The notes: generated by a model not told the origin, from the sequence alone. Numbered from the stretch's first letter, positions 38,795 through 52,125 are shown. The stretch is 64,000 bases of DNA from Octopus bimaculoides (GCF_001194135.2 NC_068994.1:19409584-19473583), one strand, 5' to 3'. Program-made: numbers and translations.

Positions 38795-39504
38795 TTCACA
38801 GAATATTTTTTTTTCTGTGGCATATATATTAATGAACCTCAATATTACACCATTGCTGGTTGATTTAATAAAAATTTATATGAAAACGGAAGAAATATCT
38901 AAGAGAAGATTGTTTGACATTTATCAAAAGACCTCACAGGAAACACGTAAATAGGTTTACCTTGTCACAAAAATCTCAGCATGTAATCATCTAACTACAA
39001 CAACAACAGAAACAATAATAATAATAGTAGATCTTTTTTAATGATAATATTAACAACAGTGATGATGATAATAATAGTAATAATAAAATGTAACAATAAA
39101 GGCAAACAGTTCTTAGAAGCTTATTTTAAATTTTTATTATTATTTAGATAAAAAGTGATTCTCATAATATGATATAGATTTCCTATTAAATACATATCCT
39201 ACAAAATACACAGCTTTACAAAGGAATAATTCGAATTACAGTTTCAGGAATTTAACATAAAATGGTTGTTCATGGGTGTTGTGCTAAATTCCTGGATGCA
39301 ATTCTGTTTTACAGCATATTCAATTCACTTGACATGCAACTCTTATTAGTTGATAACTGAAACTTAATTTCAACAGAAGGTAAAAGTCAACCCAGAGCTC
39401 AGAAGATAAAAATCAGGTTTGGAAAATTTCTTCCTCTCAACAAGGCATAGAATGAATGCTATCACGCAATCCAATGGAAAAACCAGGGCACTGATATTTT
39501 CATA

Positions 39505-39790
39505 GGTGCAGACATGGTTTCTTGGTAAGAATTTTGCTTCCCAATCACATGGTTCTGGGTTCAGTCCTACAGTGGGGCACCTTGGACTGACCAAAACCTT
39601 GTGCATGAACTTGGTAGGCAGAAACTGAAAGAAGCCCATTATTTATAAATATATATATATAAAATTGAGAAAGGCTTTGATCGGACTGAGGCTGTCGTAG
39701 AAGACACTTGCCCAAGGTGCCACACTGTGGGACTGAACCTGGAACCATGTGGTTGGTAAGCAAGCTACTTACTACACAGTCATTCCTGTG

Positions 39791-39844
<54 letters not shown>

Positions 39845-40035
39845 AGTGTGTGTGTGTTTTCCCCCACCCCTTACTGCTTCACAGCAAATGCTGGTATGTT
39901 TATATTCCCGTAACCTAGCAGTTCAGCAAAAGAGAGCAATAACATAAGTACCAGGCTTTAAAAAACATAAGCACAGGAGTTGATGCATTCAACTAGAATT
40001 CCTCAAGGCGGTGCCTCAGCATGGTTGCAGTCTGA
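39505..40035 (+). mobile_element. Bipartite family A SINE interrupted at its hinge
   Basis: Head at 39505-39640 and module 2 at about 39870-40035. A second head in opposite orientation lies between them. Confidence 0.85.
39672..39790 (-). mobile_element. Family A SINE head inserted antisense into the hinge of another copy
   Basis: AAGGCTTTGATCGG...GACACTTGCCCAAGGTGCCAC...GGAACCATGTGGTTGG. Confidence 0.85.
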
Positions 40036-41134
40036 TGACTGAAACAAGTAAAAGATGTTCATTTGATCTGCAGTTACTTCTCCAGAAAATCATATTCTAA
40101 AAATATTAAAGAAAGAAAAGACCCACTGGATAATAAACTCCTAGAAACACTACATTAAAAAAAAAGTCAGGATGATTATGGCTGGAATATTGTTGTATGT
40201 CTATTGATCATAGTTTCTCTGGAGGCAAAACAACAACAACAACATAGTATGGGATCTTTGCTACATTATAAGCTGACAGACTATCACATGAAACAGCAGT
40301 TTAGACCTGCAAAGTACAGTATGAGCAAAATCTTGCTGGTCTAATTCCAGCCTTTCATAATCTAAGGGCGTCTATATAAGACTGGCAACTCTAGCAAAAG
40401 CCAGACACATATGATTAGCAAACTTTAGAAGGAGGTGAAGAAGAAATATAAAGACAAGGAAGAGTAAGATCAGAGTGTTGGACACTGATGAAAAAAAATA
40501 AAACTCACTCCATTCAAACTAAAATCACTAAAACATCTAACATACCCTATATTTATACTTAGAAGAAAGACTTCGAAAATGACTGTTATTAAATTACATC
40601 TACTATCATCTTCCACAAATTTCAGCAGTTATAATGATAAACTTAGTGAAAGATAATATATTTACATAAAACTCTTCTAGTTTATCAGGAAGTGGGGGAG
40701 GAGATATCCAGCATGGAGACCAAAAAGTCTAAGTAAATATATATAAAAAAAAAAGGTACGATGAATGAGATCTTATCTATTTGTACATCAGAGTATATAT
40801 ACAAACTTTCAAGAAGATGTGTCTCCTTACAAAGATATTTCCCTTGACACCATAAGAGCTGAGTGGTGGTGGTGAAATACCTTTGTCTGTATGTATGTCT
40901 TTGCCCATCCTGCATTGTACCAAAAGACAGCAGGATAGTGTGAGTGAGCAAGGAAGTTTATAGATCTTTTATTTGATTCAAGTAAAAATGAAAATATTTA
41001 TCTAAAAGTGATTTAGATAGGCACAAACTCTAAGGGCAAGGTAATGTCAACTGAATAAGCATAGTATATGACTGGTACTTATTCCATCAAGGCTTGGACA
41101 AAAAGATACAATTAAAAACATACAAAATATTTAA

Positions 41135-41346
41135 CCCATTAATATTTAAACCAGCCAAATCCAACCCAAATATTCTACCTATTTTGTGTTCAATTGGCCA
41201 GATCTGGCCCTACACACTTACTCTACAATGTCATTCTAAAAATAAACAGTCACATCAGCAAAATCTACAAAACAATGCATGATCAATTCAAAAGAATGTG
41301 AATAAATAAGCATTACATTATACAGAATAATCTGAATACTAAAGGG
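41135..41346 (+). mobile_element. piggyBac-type MITE
   Basis: TTAA|CCCATTAAT...ACTAAAGGG|TTGA. CCC/GGG termini with a TTAA target. Confidence 0.75.
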
Positions 41347-41374
41347 TTGATCTTATATTCCAATACTTCTGTTG

Positions 41375-41780
41375 CTATCAATTCTAGGTTGTGTGGTTAC
41401 AAAGTCTGCATTACAATCACATGGTTTCAGGTTCAATCCTACTGCATAGTACCTTAGGCAAGTGCCTTTTACAATAACCTCAGGTTGGCCAATACCTTGA
41501 ATGGAATTGGTGAATGGAAACTGGGAGGAAGCCCATCATGTATGTGTGTGTATGTGAATGTTGGTTCTACATATCTTCATTATGTAGAAACAGTTCAGCA
41601 AAATGGTGACATCATTCACATTCGCCAGGAAACAAAATTCCTGAAATGTCAGCATCTTCATCAGTTCCAACAGATGAGGACAAGTGGAATGAAGGTGCCT
41701 TACTTGACAAAAATCTACATCAACAAGTTTCATCTAACTCATGTCAACATGGAAAAACAGATATAAAAACAAAAATGATG
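41375..41780 (+). mobile_element. Diverged family A head, hinge and V-like/RTE-tail module
   Basis: GTACCTTAGGCAAGTGCC head, GAAACTGGGAGGAAGCCC, GT hinge, tail CATGGAAAAACAGATATAAAAAC. Confidence 0.65.
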
Positions 41781-42244
41781 GCATTTTTAAAAGAATGTGT
41801 CTAAAGATTTAGTAACAGTTTTCATTTCCTATTTTCATTTCATTCACATCAAGAATATTTTCTAGGAATATTGAATTGAACCAGTACTTAAATGGTACCA
41901 TATTTCATCAATCCTGGATGAGTGAAAGTCAAATTTGACCATAGCAGGATATCAATTCCAAACATAAATAACTAAATGCTGCAGGTATTTTGTCCAATGA
42001 TCTTACAATTCTGCCAGTCCACTGCCAAAATATTTATAAGCCGAAAATTCAAACTCCCCTGATTAGCATTGGGAATAACAAAAAACAAAAACAAAAAAAA
42101 AAAGAACAGGGGGGGTGAAGTACAAATATACATGATACCAGGATTAACTGAACTATTTCACAAACAAAATATAACATTGCTCAATACACAGTATGCATGA
42201 GACATCACACTGAAATAATATATTCACAAAGAATTATCTTTTAT

Positions 42245-42640
42245 CTAATATATTTTACTTGTTTCAGTCATTAGACTGCGGCCATGCTGGGGCACCACCT
42301 TGAAGAATCTTTTAGTTGAATGAATCGACCCTAGTATTTATTTTTGTTAAGACTGGTACTTATTCTATCAGTGTCTTTTGCCGAACTGCTAAGTTATGGG
42401 TACATAAATACACCAACACCAGTTTTGAAGCAGTAGTTGGGGCAAACACATAAAGACAAACACACACACACATATATGTATGACAAACTTCTTTCAGTTT
42501 CTGTCTAACAAATCTACTCACAAGGCTTTGGTCAGCCTGAGGCTATAGTAGAAGACACTTGCCCAAGGTGCCACACAATGAGATTGAACCTGGAACCATG
42601 TAGTTGGGAAGCAAGCTTCTTACCACAGAGCCATGCCTGA
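42245..42640 (-). mobile_element. Full bipartite family A SINE
   Basis: TTGTTTCAGTCATTAGACTGCGGCCATGCTGGGGCACC...(CA)n...GACACTTGCCCAAGGTGCC...CTTACCACAGAGCCATGCC. Confidence 0.9.
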
Positions 42641-42984
42641 GTTTATATATACACATAACAATGACAGATAATAAAGTATAGGTAAATGTGTACACATCTG
42701 AAAATTTCAAGAGATTTTCTTAAAATTATATTGATTGAATGGTGATGTGTGGGTTGACGGAAAGGACAGATAACCAGACAGACAAGAATGGAGGGCCAGT
42801 AAGATATGAATCAATAGACAAACATAAAGACAGAAGAGCCAGTTAGACATAAATCAATGGACAAATATAAAAGATAGAGAAACAGATTAACAAACAGATA
42901 GCCAGGAGGTACCAGGTAGGCAGGATGATATACTGATAGCGGAAATAATAAATACAAACCTCAAAGAAACAGTTCCTACTGATA

Positions 42985-42988
<4 letters not shown>

Positions 42989-43042
<54 letters not shown>

Positions 43043-43056
43043 AGAGAGAGAGAGAT
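42989..43056. repeat. (GA)n microsatellite. Other long SSRs at 14250-14332, 21582-21620, 39792-39856 and 57385-57480
   Basis: Read directly from the sequence. Confidence 0.95.
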
Positions 43057-43343
43057 ACCTTTACTAAAATGATAAATCTGATGTGAGAGATGCCATTACA
43101 ATTTACCTAGAAAATATCATCTGAAAAAAATCTGAAAAAATACACCAAAAATAGTCAAAGTCATTCCAGCTGTAACCATAAGTCTTATTTTCAGAGGTAT
43201 CAATTGTCCAATGTGTCCTGTTTTTTTATTTGTTCTTTATATTTGTTTTTTTTTTTGTTTTCTTTGTTTTTTTTTACAATGATAGGGCAGGATTAGATGG
43301 AGATTTGGCTGCTTTTTCTAGCAAGTCAAGCAATTACATAGAG

Positions 43344-43459
43344 CAGTCACAGGCAGACTATGGCCAATGAAACTTTCTGAATGACATAGTAAATGAAAAA
43401 TTGCCTTGAATATTTTTCTTAATGTGGCCTTCTTCTTGAAAAAAGGTTGTCCATGCCTG
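43344..43459. mobile_element. Small hAT (Charlie-like) MITE
   Basis: Degenerate TIRs CAGTCACAGGCAGACT and CAGGCATGGACAACCT. The 8-bp flanks ACATAGAG and ATGTAGAC fit one CpG-decayed TSD. A related right end lies at about 4780-4802. Confidence 0.45.
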
Positions 43460-44684
43460 ATGTAGACGCTTCCACACTGACACCTAAAATGAAATGTTTA
43501 TCAAAAGGAAGATGCTAAATCCTCAACTCAATTTTGATTCCTACCTTTTACATCACTCATAGAATCGAGAATAACAAAAACATCAAAACATCAAAACTCC
43601 TTCTCTTTCCTTACTACCAAATATAGACTCTTGTAAAAAATCAGGTACCTCAAAACATCAGTATCCAAGAATCCCATGCACCAATGAGCAGAGTGTGTTG
43701 AACATGTCACTGTAAAAGTTTTTTTCCCTATGACATACACTACAATGGCCAGCATATTTTGCATCCAAACTTGCCTGAATGTATTAAGAATAAATTGAAT
43801 TTTGTACTTAGTCAAAAGAAATTATTTTTATAAGAAACGTAGCAGCAAGTTTGCAGTTACCTGAATCTGTGACTTATTTTTTTATTCCTATTCTGCTTTA
43901 CTAATACCACACACATATGAACATCTCGTAATCTCATCCACAACTATATAAAAGACTAAGAATTCAAAGCCTAACAACAATGCAGTATCTACTTTTCTGT
44001 ATGTAACACATAAATCAAGTCTAGAGAAGATAAATCTGAAGAGGACAAATTTTTAAGAAGCAAAATATTTATTTTACATTAAACTGAAATTATATAAGAT
44101 AATTATTATAAAAAATAAAAATGATTGTATCCAATTTATCCTATCTAACTTCATCGCTGGAAAACATTGCAAATAAAATAGTACATATTCAAAGCAAAAA
44201 AAAAAAAAAAAAAAAAAAATCAGAGAAATCAAATTTTATAACTATAGGGATAAATTTACCTGATGAATAATACTGATATAAATTACCATTTTTTTTATCA
44301 CCTTAGAGGGGGGTGTTATCAAACAAAATAATACTATATCGACAACCCCTCCTCCACACACATATACACACACACACACAAAAAAACCCCTAAATTATAT
44401 GATCAGGACAAAAATAGTATTCTAATTTCCTTGGTGTAATCAGAATTATACAATTATTGTTGTGGCTCCAAGAAAGAAAACTCATTTTATGGTTTGATAT
44501 GAAAGAAATTTTGCAAAAAATTTAAGATTGGTTATAAGACATAAAAGATGTAATAAACCTTCTTAATTAGAAATATATATCATTGTGATCACACTACAAC
44601 CACAATCATTTTTACAGAATAACATCAACTTAAGCATGGCTTATAAAGATTTGATATGAGTGAATCCATATGTGCATGTGTATA

Positions 44685-46208
44685 CAGGATGCGGTGAGTA
44701 AATTGTCTAAATTACGGAAAAATGAAAATAACACTGACATCTCATTTTAACAGATATATTTACCAAAATTACATAAAACTATCTTGAAATACTAAAGAGT
44801 AAATTTATTCAATAAAATCGCCACTGGTTTCAACCACAGCCTCCAGATGACTTTGGAATCTCCTGCAACTCTTCTGAACGGTCTCCTTGCTTTTAAGTTG
44901 GTAAATGTTGCTATAATCCTTGCCTTCGGTTCATCTTTGGTGTTACAAGTTTTGTTGGCCTCTCGCTCAACTGCACCCAACACATAATAATCAAGGGGCT
45001 TGCAGTCTGGAGAGTTAGGTGGCCAGATGTTAGGGGTGATGTGGTTGCAGAAATTATATGACAGCCATGACTGGATTCTCCTGCTTGTATGGCATGGTGC
45101 AGAGTCCTGTTGTCAGACATAGGGTCTTCCAGCAGCCATCCTTTTGGGCCAGAGCAACACTACCTCCTCCAAGCACTTTATGTAGGCCTCCATGTTGAAG
45201 AATGTGGGAAGATGAACAGAGGTATAACATCACCATCACTAGTGATCACTCCAAATACCATGATATTGAGTGGATGTTTGATTTTTATCACTCTTGGTAC
45301 ATGATTTGGGGACACAGCAAGCCAACGGTTGTTCTGTATGTTCACCATCTGATCCTGGCAGAATTTTTTCTCATCTGCGAAAAACCAAAGCATGTTCAAT
45401 TGGAGGGGATGCTTGAGTTTGTTCAGAAGCTTCATAGTGCTGTCTTTCCTCTTGTCATTGATGGCTTGGGATAAAAATTGGCCCTTTCTCATCTTGCATG
45501 AGGAATACCAAATGTCTTAATGCACTACCTGCCTGATAAGAAACTCAGACACTCCCATGTCTGTGGCAATGGACCTGATCGACATGGAGGGATCACTGTC
45601 AATCATGGCCTGGATCTCACCAACAAATTCAGGAGTTCTTTTCTTATCAGAATGATCAGAGTGAGAAGGCGGCAAACTGCCAGAAATGTTAGCATGCTGG
45701 GCGAAATGCTTAGCGATATTTCGTCTGTCTTTGTGTTCTGAGTTCAAATTCCACCAAGGTTGACTTTGCCTTTCATCCTTTCGGGGTCAATAAATTAAGT
45801 ACCAGTTGTGTACTGGGGTTGATCTAATCGACTGCCCCTCCCCCCAAAAAAAAAAAATTTCAGGCCTTGTGCCTAGAGTAGAAAAGAATGATCAAAGTGA
45901 GTTTTCCAAGCTGCCGTACCTTCGCAATCACCATTAGACTCGTCCAACTCTTTCCCAGTCCTCTGCACTGTCCTCAGATTGACACCCAAACACTCTGAAA
46001 TGTTTGTATTGGAGCTTCTGGTGCGAATGCCAAGCAGTACAGCATGTCATTTCCAAAATTCTGGCAGAGTGAATTGCATCATGGTGCTGTTTTCTTAACA
46101 GATGGTGGCCAACTGGCTCTACTATACTGTGTAGTCGACAAAATTAAAAACAGGCAATGCACATACACAAAATTACAAATATAAAATGGCGACAAGTTAC
46201 CCACCCTG
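44685..46208 (-). mobile_element. Near full-length DD37D (maT) Tc1/mariner transposon, inactivated
   Basis: TA at both ends, with TIRs CAGGATGCGGTGAGTAAATTGTC and CAGGGTGGGTAACTTGTC. Transposase MMQFTLPEFWK*HAVLLG...LWFFADEKKF...QQDSAPCH...WPPNSPDCKPLDYY, with exactly 37 residues between the second and third D. Contains stops, frameshifts and a SINE insertion. Confidence 0.92.
45666..45884 (+). mobile_element. Full-length family B SINE inserted in the maT transposase gene
   Basis: 17-bp TSD AGAATGATCAGAGTGAG and AGAATGATCAAAGTGAG (45649-45665, 45885-45901). B-box-like GTTCAAATTCC. Nin/Deu-like GCCTTTCATCCTTTCGGGGTCAATAAATTAAGTACCAG. Confidence 0.9.
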
Positions 46209-46677
46209 TATGTGTGTCTGTGCATGTGTTTGCCTGTGTATATCTGTGTGTGAATAGGAAGTAAAAAGTTAAGCACACATGAATACCAGCTACACAGCAA
46301 TTCACTTTCACAAAACTATATTCCCCAGATAGAAAAATATAGAAAAGCAATAAAATAAACCTTTTAAATCATAATTTCATAAAACTTAAGTACATTTTCA
46401 AAAATTGAAAGTTCTAGCAAATGCTAAACCAATTAATTTCTACATTCATTAATAAATTTAAAGACAGACAAATTCAATTATTATACTGTACTTAAACCCA
46501 GAGAGTATATCAGAAATGTAAGTAGCAACATGTAGACTTAAGGAGTTAAGTAACATGTAGACTCATAGGGAGTTACATAATATACAAAAGAAGCACCTAA
46601 TAGAATTTACCCTTAAGTATAATGAGATCAACCCCCAGCAAACTCAAGTCAATCTTTAAGTTCATCACCTACTTTAA

Positions 46678-46877
46678 CCCTTTAGCATTTAAATAGGCCT
46701 ATCATGCCCAAATATTCTACCTGTTCTATGTTCAAATTGACCAGACCTGGCCCCTCACACCAACCCTACAATATAATTCTAAAATTAATAGTTACTTCAA
46801 AATTTCAAAGCTACAAGATTAATTCAAAACACGTGAATAAACATTACAATTGACAGAGTAATCTGAATGCTAAATGA
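46678..46877 (+). mobile_element. piggyBac-type MITE
   Basis: TTAA|CCCCTTTAGC...GCTAAATGA|TTAA. Homologous to 41135-41346. Confidence 0.75.
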
Positions 46878-47924
46878 TTAAATTCCCATCCATAACCATT
46901 TCATTTTACTCATTTTTGCTAACACTTATGAGAAAGGCATGAACATCACACACATACAATGTCATTACTCATTCCCAATATCTTTGAGATGTGCATGTGT
47001 AAGAAATTAAATAGTGTTGATTAAAATTCAACAAAACTGGCTGCTAAAAGAACACAGGAAATTGAAGTAATTGATGATGATGATCTAGCTTGTGGTAATG
47101 AAAGTGATGACAGCATTAGTGATTATGCTCATGATGGTGGAAACAAAGATGATGATGATTTACAAACCGACAGCAAAACATAATCCTCAATGGAAGTGAT
47201 TTTCAAGAACAAAAGTTAATTGTTTGTGAGAAAAGATCAAGAGTGGAGTCAGCTTTGATTCATAGATAACATATTCTGAATAGTTATTCCTTTCCTTAGA
47301 ATAAAGCATTGTATGGCGATTAGACATCATTCAGTAATTAATGGAACTGAAATATCTCTAATTTACCCTATTCATAAAACAGAAAATTTTATTCACATCA
47401 ATTAATATTTATTACTGGAGTGAATATCACAGAATAGAAAGGGGCATACTTCCAGCTCAATAATTCCATAATTCATTTTTTTATTTTAAATCCCATCTGT
47501 ATATTACCTTAGATTGCATACTAGATTAGAATGTATAAAAGAAGAACAGAAAACTGTGGAGTTACTCAGTGGTGTCCTAAAGAGAAAACCTTTTCTTCAG
47601 ATGTATCTGGATACCTAGACCTTATAAAATAGCTATTTGTTTTTTTTTTTATTCTAACAAGCAGTTTTGTGTTGAAAATCTTTTAAGATATGCATGCTCT
47701 ATATTTGAAACTGAGGTTTAATAAAGAGTTGAAAAGATATGAAAACTGGTTTATAGTTTATCTATATTTACTATATTATTGTTCTTTATTTATATTTTTA
47801 ATATCCTGAATCAGTTTTTTTTTTTTTTTACTTGCACGTATAGAAAGATTTTGAAAGAGATTTATTTGTTTATTTTTATATTCGTGGCAGCATTTCATGT
47901 CTATGTTGTAAATGAGTTTTATAT

Positions 47925-47995
47925 NNNNNNNNNNNNNNNNNNNNNNNNNNNNNNNNNNNNNNNNNNNNNNNNNNNNNNNNNNNNNNNNNNNNNNN
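47925..47995. other. Assembly gap next to (TA)n
   Basis: N run. Confidence 1.
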
Positions 47996-49379
47996 TATAT
48001 ATATATATAAAAGAACATATAATCTTATATTTCTCTCTCTCCCTCTCACACACACACACACACACACAAATATATATATATATATACACACATTGTTTTT
48101 TTAACTCTTTTCTTCTTGTTTTTCATTATGTAATTTCATCTGAGATACATCTTCAGACATTACACAGAACTTTCTATAACCAAAAAGAAGGGAAAGGGAA
48201 ACTAAAAGACTTATTAAATGCAATACTTGCTGCTATTGTATGACATACTATAAAAGTACCTAGCAACATTCAGCTATTGGTAAAGTGGAAATATCACAAC
48301 AAACCAAGTCCATGAACCAGTTTCAATTCCTTAATATTACTAGTTATCATTACTCTGTCTCAAGTATCCAAGAGAAATATATGAATATAATCTCATGTCC
48401 TCCTCCAGTAAATTTCATGTAAAAGAAATTAATATTTCTTTCCACTGTTACACACTACAAAAATATTGTTGTTTTATAATCCTTTTCTACTATACAAGCT
48501 TGCTTGAAGGGAATAAAAAGGGATACAGGTTGTTATGGGTATTTGCATATGAAGTGTTAAAGGAAATGCTTTACAGCTGGGTACACTTCCAAATGATGTT
48601 GATTATTCAACTATGAAATGGGAGTGGCCCCTATTTATAAATCAGGTTGAGTAAATAAGTCTTGCCAGGGCACATAGAAGAAGAGCAGCAGACTGCTTTG
48701 AATGTTCACTTCATGAAGCTGTATGCCAGTCAGTTACCCATTGTACGCCCATACAGCATATGTATGTGTATATACACACACACACACACACACACACATG
48801 AATATAGTGGATGACTCAGCTACACTTAAACCATTTCACTGCTAAACTTTTGTGACAATAGATATCTATGTTGGCAAAATGGCTGCCAAAGATAGCAATC
48901 GATATTCTGATTCCTGTGATGCCAGTCATCTTCCCGAGTCTACTCGAAAGCAGGCAAAATCTGCTATAGAGGCAACAAGAATATAAACAAATCAATACCA
49001 CCAGTGCCACCATCATACAACTCAGTCAGATCAGCATCTCTACACACTGACCCAACAGATACAATTGTAAAATATACACAGCTAAAAAGCATTTTACAAC
49101 CACAGTTTGAAACAATTTTTCCACCTGTTCTAACCTTACCATTAAGTAACAGATCTTTTTGATGAGAGTGGAGGAAAGATCAATTCCTCTCATAGCAAAA
49201 CTTATTGGTGATATTGCTGGGACTAGATTTAAAAAATGAGAAACACATATTGGAACACCACTTCCTTCTTGGATTTTTATTACAGGTATTCTGAAAGAAC
49301 ACCTGAGGGATATTTGTAGAGCACATGGCAATAAAACAATGCAGTAGAATATGACAATACCATTATGAAGTGCAAGGCA

Positions 49380-51560
49380 AATGATAAGTATACAACATGT
49401 CAGCAATACCTATGGAGAAAATTAATAGAAATGGACAGATTCTACTCTAAATCTTGAGGGAAGATTAATAACCTTAAAACATGAACTGAAGACCTAGAGT
49501 AAAAAGTATTACATGCTAGTAAAAACCACAGGCTTGCTTATATCCAACAAGCTATATACAGAGAAATGATGAAGATAAACCATTGTCATAAAAATGTCTC
49601 TATCCCAGGAAAATCTAAAATAATTCTGGAATGAAAAGAAAGACTTTAATCAGAATGCCACATGATCAAACACACTAGCTTGAGAATAATGTACTAACAT
49701 GAGCAGTGAAACATATGTAATCAAAATTGAAACTTTCACCAATGCTGTGGGAAATGTACATAATAGGGAAATACTAGGAAGAGAGTTTGTAGTTGACTAC
49801 TGGTACAAGGCTTTGACTTTTTATAGACAATCATGTATACAAATATTTCAAAACTACGGAAGGCCAGATTGATATACCAAACTAGCTTACAATAGAATGA
49901 GCAAATCTTGTGGCCAATAATGAAAACATTATTTTGGTAGAGAACTACAGGCCCATAGCCTGCCTTAACATTATGTACAAACTGTACATAAGCTGCCAGA
50001 ACCAATTCCTCTAAAACTATTGAGAGTCTAAAGATATAGTCAAGCAGACAGGTAAAAAGAAAGAAGTATGGGAATGTATTGAATAACTTTTGGTAAATAA
50101 AGGTGAATTATTTGAAGTAAGGAAACCTTGTGACAGTATGGCTTGATCACAGAAAGGCATTTGATGTATGCGGTGGCTATATAAGCAATGTGTTTGGAGG
50201 CAAAAGTGTGTAAGAAGAGTGCTGAAGAAGAGGCAACAACCCCCAAAATATGGCATATACACTCATTACCCACTTTTGTCTTTGATCACATTGTCCATTT
50301 ACACCTGACATCTCAATACGAAACATTGTAGCAAAAATCAGTGCTAGCTATAAAGTCTCTAGAATATCTATAGAAATAACCTTAACAAAATAATGTAAGA
50401 GCACTGCTGACGCAACAGAATGTGGTACTGATTTCTGAAAACATTTAGTATACCTTATAGTATATTGTGTTTGCATACATACACATCTTTAATATCATAC
50501 AACGGTATCATGAAAAAACGAATAAACAAATATTATACCAGACTAAAAACGTCACGGCAATGAATCTGCAGTAATCATACTGAAACCAACAATTGGGATA
50601 CTTGATTGGTCTATAGAGGAAATCCGCTACATAGACATTGAAACTTATGAGCACCTGACATCAACTACAAATTTCCACAGAAACAATGATACTGTCAGAC
50701 TAGCTCGGAAGGAAGAGGTTTAAGAGCAGTATAGACAGCCTTCTAGTGTTGTATAATATCAAACAGCAGCTGCTACATAATGGCAGCAAAAATAAATACA
50801 TGAGCCAAGTGCTGAAAAATTAAGTGAATAACATCCAGTAGGTCAGTAGTAAACTTGTCAAGAAAAACTCACTTAGTGACAATCTTCTATAGGAACCAGA
50901 GGTGCAGGACTAGAATATTCCAGCAGAGACCTGGAAGAGAAACACTTTGGTATGTTTCCAGTAAACTTGAAGAGAATGGTCATATCAACATGAAGTGAAA
51001 CCTCTCTTAGACTCATGATTGTTACATCATACATTTTGCAATCCAAGAGTAGGAGATAACTACAAAATATCTCATGAACAAATTAGATAGTGAGGCCCTT
51101 AAACTCCTATGATGCAACCACAAATGTTGATTTTCATTCTTCTGCAGATGACATAATATGATGTAATCAGCAGTTGCTCCAAAATAATCAATGTGGTACT
51201 ACCTCTCACTGCAACATGATACTGTTGTTAAACCAATATACAATGCCATCCACAGAAAAGATTGTCCTGGGATAAATATAAATGATGCCTTTACTATTGA
51301 ATACATACATGTATATCAACACAAGAAATATTAACGGAAAGTATCACTAGCTTTGAACTAGCTAACAGGCAGCAAGCACAGTTATGACGTACTTGGAGAA
51401 ACGGAGGTATCCTGGATGCACCAGATGAAATTAAGAGTTAGAAATGTAGTCTTTGTGAACGACATCCATCAAAAGCTGGCTACTTAAGCTACATCAGATC
51501 ACAGTAATTTGTGAAATCAAGATGCATCCAACAATAATTTGTCCCCTTTTAATGGTTACA
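49380..51560 (+). mobile_element. Decayed R4/Dong-type (restriction-like endonuclease) non-LTR retrotransposon
   Basis: Motifs in the expected order: ENYRPIACLNIMYKLY (49940), VWLDHRKAFD (about 50136), IGILDWSIEEIRYID...NFHRNND..RLARKE (50570-50720), FAIQE*EITTKY (about 51035), QHDTVVKPIY (about 51210). Many lesions; boundaries approximate. Confidence 0.7.
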
Positions 51561-51904
51561 ATATTTGTATATTGTGTGATAAATCAAAGTAAATATGGTT
51601 TGAAAAGGCACATGAAAATGTATGATTACTAAACCGTAAGTAAGCTATATAAAACCCTGGAGAAGTTTTGAACCTTATCTACTCGATACATTTGAAACCT
51701 TGAAAGCTAACTGTTCTGAGAGTTATCTCAGAGCGCACAAGCATAATGGACGTGAACATGAAAGTTAAGCAGTAACCAAAATCCGAGTTTAAATAAATAT
51801 ATGACTGAAATCTACACTACGTACTAAAACTATAACATTTGTATATACATACGTATGTGTGTCTGTCTGTGTGCACACACGTGCGTGTGTGTGTGTACGT
51901 GTAT

Positions 51905-52125
51905 TTAGGGCGAGTAAAATTCCCGAGATCCATGAACGAGTTCTCTCCAGTGGTCTTTGTCCCTCATCATCACTGTCATATCCTGTGTCTCCCAGAGACC
52001 AGTGTCTGGTCTTAGGGCATCAACATATGTCATCCTTGGCCTCCCTCTTCTAGTGTGTCCATGTAGGGGCTCCCACAGTAGCACTGAGAGCAGTATCAAC
52101 TGAATGACAGTGAGCATGTCCTGCT
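51905..52125 (-). mobile_element. RTE-clade LINE 3' fragment
   Basis: LLWEPLHGHTRRGRPRMTYVDALRPDTG...MMRDKDHW. Confidence 0.8.

Noticed and set aside
48560-48760. Protein-like frames (LGTLPNDVDYSTMKWEWPLF; antisense LLLFFYVPWQD)
   Set aside because: They contain in-frame stops and weak donors, and cannot be assigned to a gene or TE family from sequence alone.
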